Assembly: GCA_023252275.1 (NCBI GenBank)
Contig: JAHHGO010000002.1
Location: 1-41,651, forward strand
Origin: Alphaproteobacteria bacterium
Lineage (GTDB): Bacteria; Pseudomonadota; Alphaproteobacteria; UBA11222
DNA length: 41,651 nt
Direction: 5' to 3'
The notes beneath the pieces were generated by a model, which saw only the letters and a list, made by a program, of their open reading frames with translations, was not told the DNA's origin and did not search any database. Below, in pieces: positions 28,648-41,489 of the stretch. The position numbers and the translations under genes are program-made. Each line of letters opens with the position of its first letter. Positions within the stretch are counted from its first letter, which is position 1.

Positions 28648-29361
28648 ATGGGCGGCGAAGGTAAACTCAGACATGTGCCGCCGCCCTTTATTGCGGCTTT
28701 GATCGTGGCGCTGGCCGCGCAAATTCTGTTCTGGTCGGAGGCCCAGAATATCCGCATCCCCTGGAGCGGTGTGGAACTGGCTCCCACCCCCATCGCCGCC
28801 CGGGCCACGGCGCTGGGCGATACGCAATTTTATTACCGGACGGCGGGGCTGGGGCTGCAAAATATGGGGGATTGGGCCGGCGAAATGACCCCATTGGCGC
28901 AATATGATTATGGACGGCTTAGAGGCTGGTTCCGTCTGTTGTCGCAGATGGACCCTGAAAGCCAGTATGCGCCCTCATTGGCCGCCTATTATTACGGGTT
29001 TAGCCCTGATCCGGATGATGTGCGGCAGGTCATTGGTTATTTGCAGGAAATTGCCGCCGACAAGCCACGCGCGCATTGGCGCTGGCTGGCTTATTCCGTC
29101 TATCTGGCGCGCTACCGGGTGAAAGATCCGCAGCTGGGGCTGGCGCTTGCCAGACAATTGGCCGCACTGCCGGTCGCGGACATGCCGGTCTGGACGCGTC
29201 AGCTTCCGGCCTTTGTGCTGGCCGATGCGGGGGAAAAAGAAGCCGCCAAGGATATTCTGGAGGCAATATTGGCGACAACCCCTGATCTGCATCCCGCAGA
29301 ACAGTTCTTTATTCGTAACTATATTGCAACACGCCTGGGTTTTTCATCGAAAACGAGGTGA
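28648..29361 (+). CDS. Membrane-anchored protein of unknown function with a helical-repeat-like soluble domain
   Basis: One N-terminal TM (PPPFIAALIVALAAQILFW) is followed by an Ala/Leu/Tyr/Trp-rich, helical-looking sequence. It starts 1 nt after the previous stop. I recognise no family. Confidence 0.5.
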   Translation: MGGEGKLRHVPPPFIAALIVALAAQILFWSEAQNIRIPWSGVELAPTPIAARATALGDTQFYYRTAGLGLQNMGDWAGEMTPLAQYDYGRLRGWFRLLSQMDPESQYAPSLAAYYYGFSPDPDDVRQVIGYLQEIAADKPRAHWRWLAYSVYLARYRVKDPQLGLALARQLAALPVADMPVWTRQLPAFVLADAGEKEAAKDILEAILATTPDLHPAEQFFIRNYIATRLGFSSKTR

Positions 29362-29380
29362 ATATTTATTTTAGACAAAT

Positions 29381-29396
29381 TTAAGTATCTTTTAAC
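29381..29396. promoter_or_regulatory. CtrA-box-like motif TTAA-N7-TTAAC upstream of the prepilin gene
   Basis: TTAAGTATCTTTTAAC matches the consensus exactly. An extended -10-like TGTGATAAT lies at 29408-29416. Confidence 0.35.
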
Positions 29397-29422
29397 CAGA
29401 TACATGTTGTGATAATTTGTCA

Positions 29423-29440
29423 CTAGAGGGGTCCCTCTAG
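29423..29440. promoter_or_regulatory. Palindromic operator-like site abutting a -35 element
   Basis: CTAGAGGG-GT-CCCTCTAG forms 8-bp perfect arms and ends 2 nt before TTGACA. Confidence 0.4.
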
Positions 29441-29442
29441 GA

Positions 29443-29471
29443 TTGACAGTAAAAAACTCTAGCAATATATG
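29443..29471 (+). promoter_or_regulatory. Sigma70-like promoter candidate for the prepilin gene
   Basis: TTGACA (29443-29448), a 17-nt spacer, then TATATG (29466-29471). It lies about 85 nt upstream of ATG 29557. Confidence 0.35.
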
Positions 29472-29556
29472 CCTAAACTTATCTGAATTAGACGCAGAAA
29501 CGGTTTGGTAACTCCGCCATGCGATACTGCCGCAGCTTAAGAGAGAATGGAAATCA

Positions 29557-30342
29557 ATGATGACCTATAAAGCTGGTTTTAGGGGACTGACCAAAAACAC
29601 CCCAATAATTATTCAGGGTTCTGACAGCGGCCGGCAATCCGGTTTTACGCTTGTCGAGCTTTCGATCGTGCTGGTGATTATCGGATTGATTATCGGCGGT
29701 ATTCTTAAAGGCCAGGAATTGATCGGCAACGCCCAGGTCAAAAATGTGGTCTCGCAGGCGCAGTCCTATCAGGCGGCAACCGCTGCCTTCAGGGATAAGT
29801 ATGGCGCTCTGCCAGGGGATTTGGTCGGCGCAGACAATATAATCCCCAATTGTACGGCGGCGCCATGCCTGCCTGCGGCTGCGGGTAACGGAAACGGCAT
29901 TGTAGGCGCAAATGCCAACGCCACCTATTCAAATAACGTAAGCGCGGCCGCGGAAAATGTTGCGTTCTGGCAGCAGCTTGCCGCAGCCCGCTTCATCGGT
30001 AATATAGACACGGATGGCACAAGCGCGGCTATTTTTGGCGGCCGCTTTCCCAGCGCTGCAACCGGGGGCGGTTTTCAAGTTCTTTTCCAGCCGTTAACGG
30101 GCCGCCATGTGTTGCGGTTGACCGGGACACCGGGCGTGCCGGCCCCCGCCACAGGGGCCCTGCGGCCGGATCAGGCGTTGCAGATTGACCGTGTGCTTGA
30201 CGATGGGCGGCCTGGCACCGGTTCGGTGTTTACCAACACTACCTTATCCGCTGCCGCTACCTGCTTTTCAGGCGTGGTGACAGCTCCCTATCTGGCGGCC
30301 AGCGGTAATAGCACCTGCAATCTGGTTATCGACCTCAACTAG
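29557..30342 (+). CDS. Prepilin-type N-terminal cleavage/methylation domain protein (pilin or pseudopilin) with an unusually long leader
   Basis: ..SDSGRQSG/FTLVELSIVLVIIGLIIGGILKG is the class III signal motif. It is preceded by about 28 residues with no alternative in-frame start closer to the cleavage site. Confidence 0.8.
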   Translation: MMTYKAGFRGLTKNTPIIIQGSDSGRQSGFTLVELSIVLVIIGLIIGGILKGQELIGNAQVKNVVSQAQSYQAATAAFRDKYGALPGDLVGADNIIPNCTAAPCLPAAAGNGNGIVGANANATYSNNVSAAAENVAFWQQLAAARFIGNIDTDGTSAAIFGGRFPSAATGGGFQVLFQPLTGRHVLRLTGTPGVPAPATGALRPDQALQIDRVLDDGRPGTGSVFTNTTLSAAATCFSGVVTAPYLAASGNSTCNLVIDLN

Positions 30343-30374
30343 CCGGGCCAGTCTTAGGCCTTGAAATGAATGGG

Positions 30375-30400
30375 AAGGCCGGGGATTTCCCGGCCTTTTT
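30375..30400 (+). terminator. Rho-independent terminator after the prepilin gene
   Basis: AAGGCCGGG-GATTT-CCCGGCCTT forms a 9-bp GC-rich stem followed by TTT. It starts 33 nt after the stop. Confidence 0.7.
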
Positions 30401-30418
30401 GTCCTGGGGGATGCTAAA

Positions 30419-30685
30419 ATGCACCTGCCTGACGGGTGGTGGAAAAAACAGCGCTCGCGCGGCTTTACCCTGATAGAGCTGGCGATTGTTCTCGCCATAC
30501 TGGGGCTGTTGCTGGGCGGCGGCAGCATGCTGCTGCAACCCCTTATACCAGACGGCATCGAGTTCCTGATGGCCGAGATCGGCAGCGCCTCGACCAAAGC
30601 GCGCGGAGCCGTGCCTTTGGATCTTAACGACAGCTATGGCCAATTCAGCAGGCTGCGCCAGAATGGGCACGGCGTCATCCGCTGA
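30419..30685 (+). CDS. Very short prepilin-like protein (88 aa; about 73 aa mature)
   Basis: MHLPDGWWKKQRSRG/FTLIELAIVLAILGLLLGG is a class III signal motif. GGGGGA lies upstream of ATG 30419. Confidence 0.6.
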   Translation: MHLPDGWWKKQRSRGFTLIELAIVLAILGLLLGGGSMLLQPLIPDGIEFLMAEIGSASTKARGAVPLDLNDSYGQFSRLRQNGHGVIR

Positions 30686-30733
30686 GCAGCGTCATAACCG
30701 GATTGGCAACAGCATGGGGATGGAAAATCTCGC

Positions 30734-31528
30734 ATGAATGAAGCACCGCCCCTGGATCACGCCATTGTTGCGTTGGCGCGGCGTGAACGGGCGGTGGTGA
30801 CCGCCGGGCTGGCAGGCGCGATACTGCTTGCCTGGGCATATATTTTATCCGGCGCCGGCATGGACATGAACAGAATGGACATGGATATGCCAGGAATGGA
30901 AACCGCAACTTCCGGTTTCGATTATTTTCTGATGATGTTTCCCATGTGGATGATCATGATGGCGGCGATGATGCTGCCCGGCGCCGCGCCAATGATTCTG
31001 CTGTTTACCGCGATCAGCCAAAAACAGCGCGAGCGTGGCGCGCCAATTGCGTCCACCGCGCTCTTCACGCTTGGTTATCTGCTCGTATGGAGCCTCTTCA
31101 GCGTTGGCGCGACTCTGCTGCAATGGGCGCTTCGCGAGGCGGAGGTTATACAGCACGCCTTGAGCATCGACAGTCCGGCTATGAGCGCGGCGCTTATGCT
31201 GGGCGCCGGGCTATGGCAAATCACACCGGTCAAGCGCGCCTGCCTGGAATATTGCCGCTCGCCAGTTCATTATATTTCCGCGCACTGGCGCAAAGGCCGG
31301 ATGGGCGCGCTGCGCATGGGCCTTCAGCATGGCGCATTTTGCCTGGGTTGCTGCTGGTTTTTGATGGGACTGTTATTCGTGGGCGGTATTATGAATCTAT
31401 ACTGGATTATCGGCATCGCAGCCTATGTGCTGTTCGAAAAACTTGTCCCCAATGGTCAGGCGCTGGCGCGCATCAGCGGGGTGATGCTTATCGGCGCCGG
31501 CGTTTGGCTGGGCTTATATAATATTTGA
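30734..31528 (+). CDS. DUF2182-like predicted metal-binding integral membrane protein
   Basis: It is Met-rich (GMDMNRMDMDMPGME, FLMMFPMWMIMMAAMMLPGAAPM) with a Cys pair in FCLGCCWFLM. The family call is from recall. Confidence 0.65.
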   Translation: MNEAPPLDHAIVALARRERAVVTAGLAGAILLAWAYILSGAGMDMNRMDMDMPGMETATSGFDYFLMMFPMWMIMMAAMMLPGAAPMILLFTAISQKQRERGAPIASTALFTLGYLLVWSLFSVGATLLQWALREAEVIQHALSIDSPAMSAALMLGAGLWQITPVKRACLEYCRSPVHYISAHWRKGRMGALRMGLQHGAFCLGCCWFLMGLLFVGGIMNLYWIIGIAAYVLFEKLVPNGQALARISGVMLIGAGVWLGLYNI

Positions 31529-32554
31529 CCGGCCAGGCCCGCTGACCCCCGCTTGTTCAAACGTCGCCATGCCCGCATGGGTGACGGCGGCGGCGCGGAC
31601 AATGGAAATCGCCAGCGCGGCGCCAGATCCCTCGCCCAGCCGCATGCCCAGATCGAGCAGGGGTTTTTTGCCAATTCTTTCCAGCAAACGGCCATGCGCG
31701 GCTTCCGCCGACACGTGCGCCGCCAGGCAATGATCCAGCGCGCCCGGCTGCAACTGATGCAGCACGGCCGCCGCCGCCCCGACAACAAAGCCATCCAGCA
31801 GCACCGGGATGCGCTGCACGCGCGCCGCGATGATGGCGCCCGCCATTGCGGCAATTTCCCGCCCGCCGACACGGCGTAATATTTCCAGCGGGTCGGACAA
31901 CTGCCCCTTGTGAAATTGCATCGCCGCCCGGACCGCCGCCGCCTTGCGCGCCAGCCCTGCGTCATCGACGCCGGTCCCCTTGCCCACCCAGTCTTCCGCC
32001 TCGCCCCCGAACAGGGCGCAGCACACCGCCGCGGCCACTGTGGTGTTGGCGATGCCCATTTCACCGATGCACAGCAGATCGCCGCCCGCCGCCACGGCCT
32101 CCATGCCAAAGGCGATGGTGGCTGCGCAATCCGCCTCGCTCATGGCTTCGGCTTCGCAAATATCCGGCGTGGGTATGTCCAGCGCCAGATCGAATATTTT
32201 CAGGCCCGCGCCGGACACTTTGCACAACTGGTTGATGGCCGCCCCGCCGGCTGCAAAATTTTCCACCATCTGCTGCGTCACCGAAGCGGGAAACGCCGAA
32301 ACGCCACGCTGCGCCACGCCGTGATTGGCCGCGAAAATTGCCACCTGCGGCTGCAACACCATGGGCGGATGCCGCCCCTGCCAGGCGGCAAGCCAGCCGG
32401 AAATTTCCTCCAGCCGGCCCAGCGAACCCGCCGGTTTGGTCAGTTCCGCCTCACGCGCCTGCGCCTTTGCGGCCGCCGCCATATCCGGCCCCGGTAACTG
32501 GCGTACAAGATTGCGGATATCATCAAATGGCAAGGCGCTGGCGGAGAGGGACAT
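31514..32554 (-). CDS. cobT: Nicotinate-nucleotide--dimethylbenzimidazole phosphoribosyltransferase
   Basis: Contains LTKPAGSLGRLEE, FAANHGV, IGEMGIANTT and LDLGMRLGEGSGAA. Confidence 0.9.
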   Translation of the reverse strand: MSLSASALPFDDIRNLVRQLPGPDMAAAAKAQAREAELTKPAGSLGRLEEISGWLAAWQGRHPPMVLQPQVAIFAANHGVAQRGVSAFPASVTQQMVENFAAGGAAINQLCKVSGAGLKIFDLALDIPTPDICEAEAMSEADCAATIAFGMEAVAAGGDLLCIGEMGIANTTVAAAVCCALFGGEAEDWVGKGTGVDDAGLARKAAAVRAAMQFHKGQLSDPLEILRRVGGREIAAMAGAIIAARVQRIPVLLDGFVVGAAAAVLHQLQPGALDHCLAAHVSAEAAHGRLLERIGKKPLLDLGMRLGEGSGAALAISIVRAAAVTHAGMATFEQAGVSGPGRSNII

Positions 32555-32626
32555 TTTGTGCTTCCGTATAAGGCTGTTGCGGGTCTAACTCGCATGACTA
32601 TTAGCACAAAGAAAGCGTTTATTAAG

Positions 32627-33412
32627 ATGCAGGGGCCGCCGCGAAATGACCATATCCAGGAATGGCGGGATGAGCTGTTTAACGCGCTGGCCTTCCTGAC
32701 CCGGCTGCCCGTCCGTTCCAATGAGGAATGGGGGACCGGCACACTTTCCAGAGCCTTGCGGATGTCGCCAGCGGTAGGCGCCTTTGTGGGCGCGCTCGCC
32801 GGAAGCTTTTACTGGCTTGGTGTCAGTTTTGGGTTTTCCACCTTCATCGCCGCCCTGCTGGCGATTGCGGCCTCCGCTGTGCTGACCGGCGGCCTGCACG
32901 AGGACGCGCTCAGCGATATGGCCGACGGCATCAGCGGCGGCTGGACGCGCGAGCGCAAGCTGGAAATCATGTCGGACGGACGTATCGGCGCGCATGGCGC
33001 GCTGGCGCTGATGCTGGCGCTGCTGTTGCGCGTCGGCGCGATGGCGCAACTCGGCAGCCCGGACAGGGTCATGACAGCCCTGATCGTTGCGGGCGCCCTG
33101 TCCCGCGCCCTGATGTATCTGGCGATGGCCGCCCTGCCCCACGCCAAGGAAGCCGGTTTGGCCCGCAGCGCAGGCCGCCCAACCATGCGGGACGCCGCCA
33201 TCTCAATGGGCATCAGTTTCGTCATATGCTGGCTGGCTTTGCCCCTGGATACGGCGCTGGCCGCGCTGATTGCCGCCGGCGCTGGCGGATTGCTTACCGC
33301 CCGGATCGCCAGCAGCCAGATTGGCGGCCAGACAGGTGATATTTTAGGCTCTATTCAACAAATTTCGGAATTATGCGCCATGTTGCTGCTGGCGGCCCTG
33401 TTAACCTTGTGA
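32627..33412 (+). CDS. cobS: Adenosylcobinamide-GDP ribazoletransferase (cobalamin synthase)
   Basis: Contains ALAFLTRLPV, HEDALSDMADG and GGQTGDILG. The start is uncertain (32627 preferred; 32594 or 32558 possible). It is divergent from cobT. Confidence 0.85.
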   Translation: MQGPPRNDHIQEWRDELFNALAFLTRLPVRSNEEWGTGTLSRALRMSPAVGAFVGALAGSFYWLGVSFGFSTFIAALLAIAASAVLTGGLHEDALSDMADGISGGWTRERKLEIMSDGRIGAHGALALMLALLLRVGAMAQLGSPDRVMTALIVAGALSRALMYLAMAALPHAKEAGLARSAGRPTMRDAAISMGISFVICWLALPLDTALAALIAAGAGGLLTARIASSQIGGQTGDILGSIQQISELCAMLLLAALLTL

Positions 33413-33479
33413 AATACACTCATATGGTCTTATAGCTGCGGCGATACAGGACAGTTTCCATACCCCCCAGGATAGCGCA

Positions 33480-35930
33480 TTGAAATTATTGGGAAAATTT
33501 ATTCTTTACGGCCTCGTGCTGAGCTTGCTGCTGTCGATTGCGGGCGGTGCGGCGGTGGCTTTCGTCCTGTGGCGCTATGGCATCGGCCTGCCGGATTATT
33601 CCCAGCTCGCCAATTATGAGCCTGCCATTACAACCCGGGTGCATGCCGGAGACGGACGCCTTATCACCGAATTCGCGCGTGAAAAGCGGCTTTACGTGCC
33701 TTATGAAACGATCCCGAAACTGGTCATTAACGCCTTTGTTTCGGCGGAAGATCAGAATTTCTTCGTGCATCGCGGCGTTGATCCGATAGGCATCATGCGC
33801 GCTGCAATCATCAATCTGCAACATGCCGGAGATGACCGCAGGCTTGTGGGCGTATCGACCATCACGCAGCAGGTCGCGAAGAATTTCTTCCTGTCCGGGG
33901 AAGTGTCCTATCAGCGCAAGATCAAGGAGGCCATTCTGGCCTTTCGCATCGAGCGCACCTTCTCCAAAGAGCGGCTGCTTGAGCTTTATCTGAATGAAAT
34001 TTATCTCGGCAATACGGCCTATGGCGTGGCTGCGGCGGCGCTGAATTATTTTGACAAGCCGCTGGCCGATCTCACGCTGGAGGAAGCCGCCTATCTGGCG
34101 GCGCTGCCCAAGGCGCCAAATAATTATCACCCCGTGCGCTATCACGACAAGGCTGTGGCGCGGCGCAATTATGTCATCACCCGTATGCTGGAAGATGGCT
34201 ATGTCACCGCCGATGAAGCCATAAGCGCGACACAGAAGCCGCTGGTTACCGCCCCGCCGCGCGACCGGGAATTTGTCCATGCCGATTTTTTCGCCGAAGA
34301 AGTGCGCCGTGAACTGATTAACCGCTTTGGAGAAAATGCGCTGTATGATGGCGGTCTGTCGGTGCGCACCTCGCTTGATCCGCGCCTGCAGGCCATCGCC
34401 TACAAATCCCTGCGCGATGGCTTGATTGCCTATGACCGAAAACATGGCTGGCATGGCCCGGTCACGCGCATTGATGCGGGCGAGGGCTGGCCCGCGCGGC
34501 TGGCGGCAACGCCAATGCCGGCCGGTCTGGCGCCCTGGCGGCTGGCGCTGGTTCTGAAGACGCGCCAGGACAGTGCGCAAATTGGTTTTGCGGATGGCAG
34601 CCAGGGAATTATCCCGCTCGAGGAAATGCGCTGGGCCCGCAAACGGCTGATGGACGCCACACGCGGTCCCGCAGTGAACCGGGCCGAGGATGTGCTGCAA
34701 GCGGGCGATGTGATCGCGGTGGCGCAGATGGATGCAAAACCATCCGGCAAAGCCATAAGCAGATGGAGCCTTCAGCAGATACCCGAGGTGAGCGGCGCGC
34801 TGGTGGCGATGGACCCGCATACTGGCCGCGTTCTGGCGATGCAGGGCGGCTTTGCCTATGGCGACAGTGAATTTAACCGCGCCACCCAGGCGCTGCGCCA
34901 GCCAGGTTCCGCGTTTAAGCCATTTGTATATGCGGCGGCGCTGGAGGCGGGCTTTACCCCCTCCAGTCTTGTGCTGGACGCGCCCATGGTGATTGATCAG
35001 GGCCCCGGCCTCGCTAAATGGAAGCCGACCAATTATTCGGGCGAATATTTCGGCCCCTCCACCTTGCGGCTGGGACTTGAGAAGTCACGTAATCTGATGA
35101 CTGTCCGGCTGGCGCAACATATCGGCATCGGCCGGGTGAATGATTATGCCAGCCGCTTTGGCCTGACCCAGAGCGCGCCCAATCTGTTATCGACGGCGCT
35201 GGGCGCGGGAGAAACCACCGTGTTGAAGCTGACAACCGCCTACGCCATGCTGGTCAATGGCGGGCGGCAGGTGCAGCCCGCGCTGATCGACCGGGTGCAG
35301 GACCGGCGCGGCAGAACCCTGTATCGCAATGATCCGCGCGAATGCGCCGCATGCCGCGAGATATGGCGCGAAGGATTGCCGGAACCCGCGCTGCCCGATC
35401 TGCGTGAACAGCGCATCAATCCGGCCACGGCCTATCAGATGGTTTCCATGCTGGAAGGCGTGGTGCTGCGCGGCACCGGCAAGAGCATTGCCAGCGTAGG
35501 ACGGCCATTGGCAGGCAAGACCGGCACCACCAATGAAAGCCGCGACACCTGGTTCATTGGATTTTCGCCTGATCTGGCGGTTGGCGTCTTTATCGGCTAT
35601 GACACGCCGCGCACCATGGGCAAGAAAGAAACCGGCGGATCCGTGTCGGCCCCGGTGTTTCGCGATTTCATGGCGGCGGCGCTGGCGGGTTCGCCCGCAA
35701 TACCATTTCGTATTCCGCCCGGCATCCGCCTGATGCGGGTGAATGCCGACACCGGACTGCCTGCAAATCCGGGCGACCGCAATGTGATCCTGGAAGCCTT
35801 TCTGCCCGGAACTGAACCCAAAGGCCGCAAGCAGCCGGTGCTGGGAACGGACAATCCAGAAGATCTTGTGGTGACACCCGAAATAACCGGCGAGGAACCG
35901 GTTGCCGGCGGCACGGGCGGGCTATATTAA
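33480..35930 (+). CDS. mrcA: Penicillin-binding protein 1A (bifunctional transglycosylase/transpeptidase)
   Basis: GT51 motifs (SAEDQNFFVHRGVD, STITQQVAKN, RKIKEA, LELYLNEIYLGN) and transpeptidase motifs (SAFKPF, KTGTTN) are present. The start is TTG 33480. Confidence 0.9.
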   Translation: MKLLGKFILYGLVLSLLLSIAGGAAVAFVLWRYGIGLPDYSQLANYEPAITTRVHAGDGRLITEFAREKRLYVPYETIPKLVINAFVSAEDQNFFVHRGVDPIGIMRAAIINLQHAGDDRRLVGVSTITQQVAKNFFLSGEVSYQRKIKEAILAFRIERTFSKERLLELYLNEIYLGNTAYGVAAAALNYFDKPLADLTLEEAAYLAALPKAPNNYHPVRYHDKAVARRNYVITRMLEDGYVTADEAISATQKPLVTAPPRDREFVHADFFAEEVRRELINRFGENALYDGGLSVRTSLDPRLQAIAYKSLRDGLIAYDRKHGWHGPVTRIDAGEGWPARLAATPMPAGLAPWRLALVLKTRQDSAQIGFADGSQGIIPLEEMRWARKRLMDATRGPAVNRAEDVLQAGDVIAVAQMDAKPSGKAISRWSLQQIPEVSGALVAMDPHTGRVLAMQGGFAYGDSEFNRATQALRQPGSAFKPFVYAAALEAGFTPSSLVLDAPMVIDQGPGLAKWKPTNYSGEYFGPSTLRLGLEKSRNLMTVRLAQHIGIGRVNDYASRFGLTQSAPNLLSTALGAGETTVLKLTTAYAMLVNGGRQVQPALIDRVQDRRGRTLYRNDPRECAACREIWREGLPEPALPDLREQRINPATAYQMVSMLEGVVLRGTGKSIASVGRPLAGKTGTTNESRDTWFIGFSPDLAVGVFIGYDTPRTMGKKETGGSVSAPVFRDFMAAALAGSPAIPFRIPPGIRLMRVNADTGLPANPGDRNVILEAFLPGTEPKGRKQPVLGTDNPEDLVVTPEITGEEPVAGGTGGLY

Positions 35931-35960
35931 TCCGCATCAATTCATTTCAGGAGCATTTCC

Positions 35961-37089
35961 ATGAAGGCTGAAGTTCAGTCCCTGGCGCAAGACATCAAGC
36001 AGTCGTTTGAACTGCTGAGGAGGCATCTTTGACTGGGATCAGGCACAACGCAGATTGCAGGAACTGAACGCGCTCGTTGAGGATCCAAAGCTGTGGGATA
36101 ATCCGCAGCTTGCCCAGGACATGATGCGCGAACGCACCCGGCTTGAAACCGCCATATCGGCCGTGCGCCGCATGCAGTCCGATTTTGATGACACGCTGGG
36201 GCTGATTGAACTGGGCGAAGCCGAGAATGACGCGGGCATTGTAAGCGAAGCCGAAGCGGCGCTGCGCCGCTTGCGCGAAGAAGCGGCGGCGCGTGAAATT
36301 GACACCCTGTTATCCGGCGAAGCAGATCGCAACAGCGGCTATGTCGAAATCCATGCCGGCGCGGGCGGAACCGAAAGCCAGGACTGGGCCAATATGCTGT
36401 TGCGCATGTATATGCGCTGGGCGGAGAAACATGGCCATAAGGTTGAAATTGTCGAACTAAGCGACGGCGAAGAGGCCGGCATTAAATCCGCCACTATCCA
36501 CGTCAAAGGCGAAAGCGCTTATGGCTGGCTGAAAACCGAAGCAGGCGTGCATCGGCTGGTGCGCATATCGCCATTTGATTCAAACGCCCGCCGCCATACC
36601 AGCTTTGCCAGCGTCTGGGTCTATCCCGAAGTCGATGACCGCATCATCATCGAGATCGACGAAAAAGACGTGCGCACAGACACCTATCGCGCCAGCGGCG
36701 CCGGCGGCCAGCATGTCAACAAAACCGATAGCGCCGTGCGCCTGACCCATGCGCCCACTGGCATTGTCGTGCAATGTCAAAGCCAGCGCTCACAGCATAA
36801 GAACCGCGCCGAAGCATGGAACATGCTGCGCGCCCGGCTGTATGAAAATGAATTGCGAAAACGCGAAGAGGCCGCCCAGGCCGCCGCCAGTTCCAAAACC
36901 GATATTGGCTGGGGGCATCAGATTCGCTCCTATGTATTGCAGCCCTATCAGATGGTGAAAGACCTGCGCACCGGCGTGGAAAGCCCAACGCCCCACACGG
37001 TTCTGGATGGCGATCTGGACGCGTTTATGTCAGCCGCGCTGGCGGCGCGCGTCGAGGGCGCCAGCAGCGATGTCAAGGATCTGGATTAG
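35961..37089 (+). CDS. prfB: Peptide chain release factor 2, expressed through a programmed +1 frameshift
   Basis: Frame 0 runs ATG 35961 ... CTT (36027-29) TGA (36030-32). The +1 frame from GAC 36031 continues into the track ORF (36055-37089), which carries [16 protein letters not shown] (GGQ motif) and SPF. Confidence 0.9.
36017..36033 (+). promoter_or_regulatory. prfB +1 frameshift cassette
   Basis: GAGGAGG CAT CTT TGA C comprises an internal Shine-Dalgarno-like element, a 3-nt spacer, the slippery CTT, and an in-frame TGA followed by C. Confidence 0.85.
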
Positions 37090-37096
37090 GCCCCGC

Positions 37097-41483
<4,387 letters not shown>

Positions 41484-41489
41484 GGATGA

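Noticed and set aside
29506-29522. Possible sigma54 promoter (TGG...TGC) upstream of the prepilin gene
   Set aside because: The GG-to-GC offset is 14 nt instead of the canonical 12, and the flanking bases do not fit TGGCAC-N5-TTGC.
31514-31528. 15-nt convergent overlap of the DUF2182 and cobT 3' ends as something functional
   Set aside because: Short convergent overlaps are common in compact genomes, and there is no extra structure here.
31456-32109. 217-aa minus-strand ORF and several plus-strand ORFs overlapping cobT
   Set aside because: They are alternative frames of cobT with Arg/Pro/Trp-rich compositions. The cobT frame has all family motifs.
32555-32626. Cobalamin riboswitch between cobT and cobS
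   Set aside because: The spacer is at most about 70 nt, far too short for a B12 riboswitch, and no B12-box-like sequence was seen.
33486-34820. 444-aa ORF antisense to PBP1A
   Set aside because: Shadow ORF, Arg/Gly/His-rich with no motifs. PBP1A motifs on the plus strand are clear.
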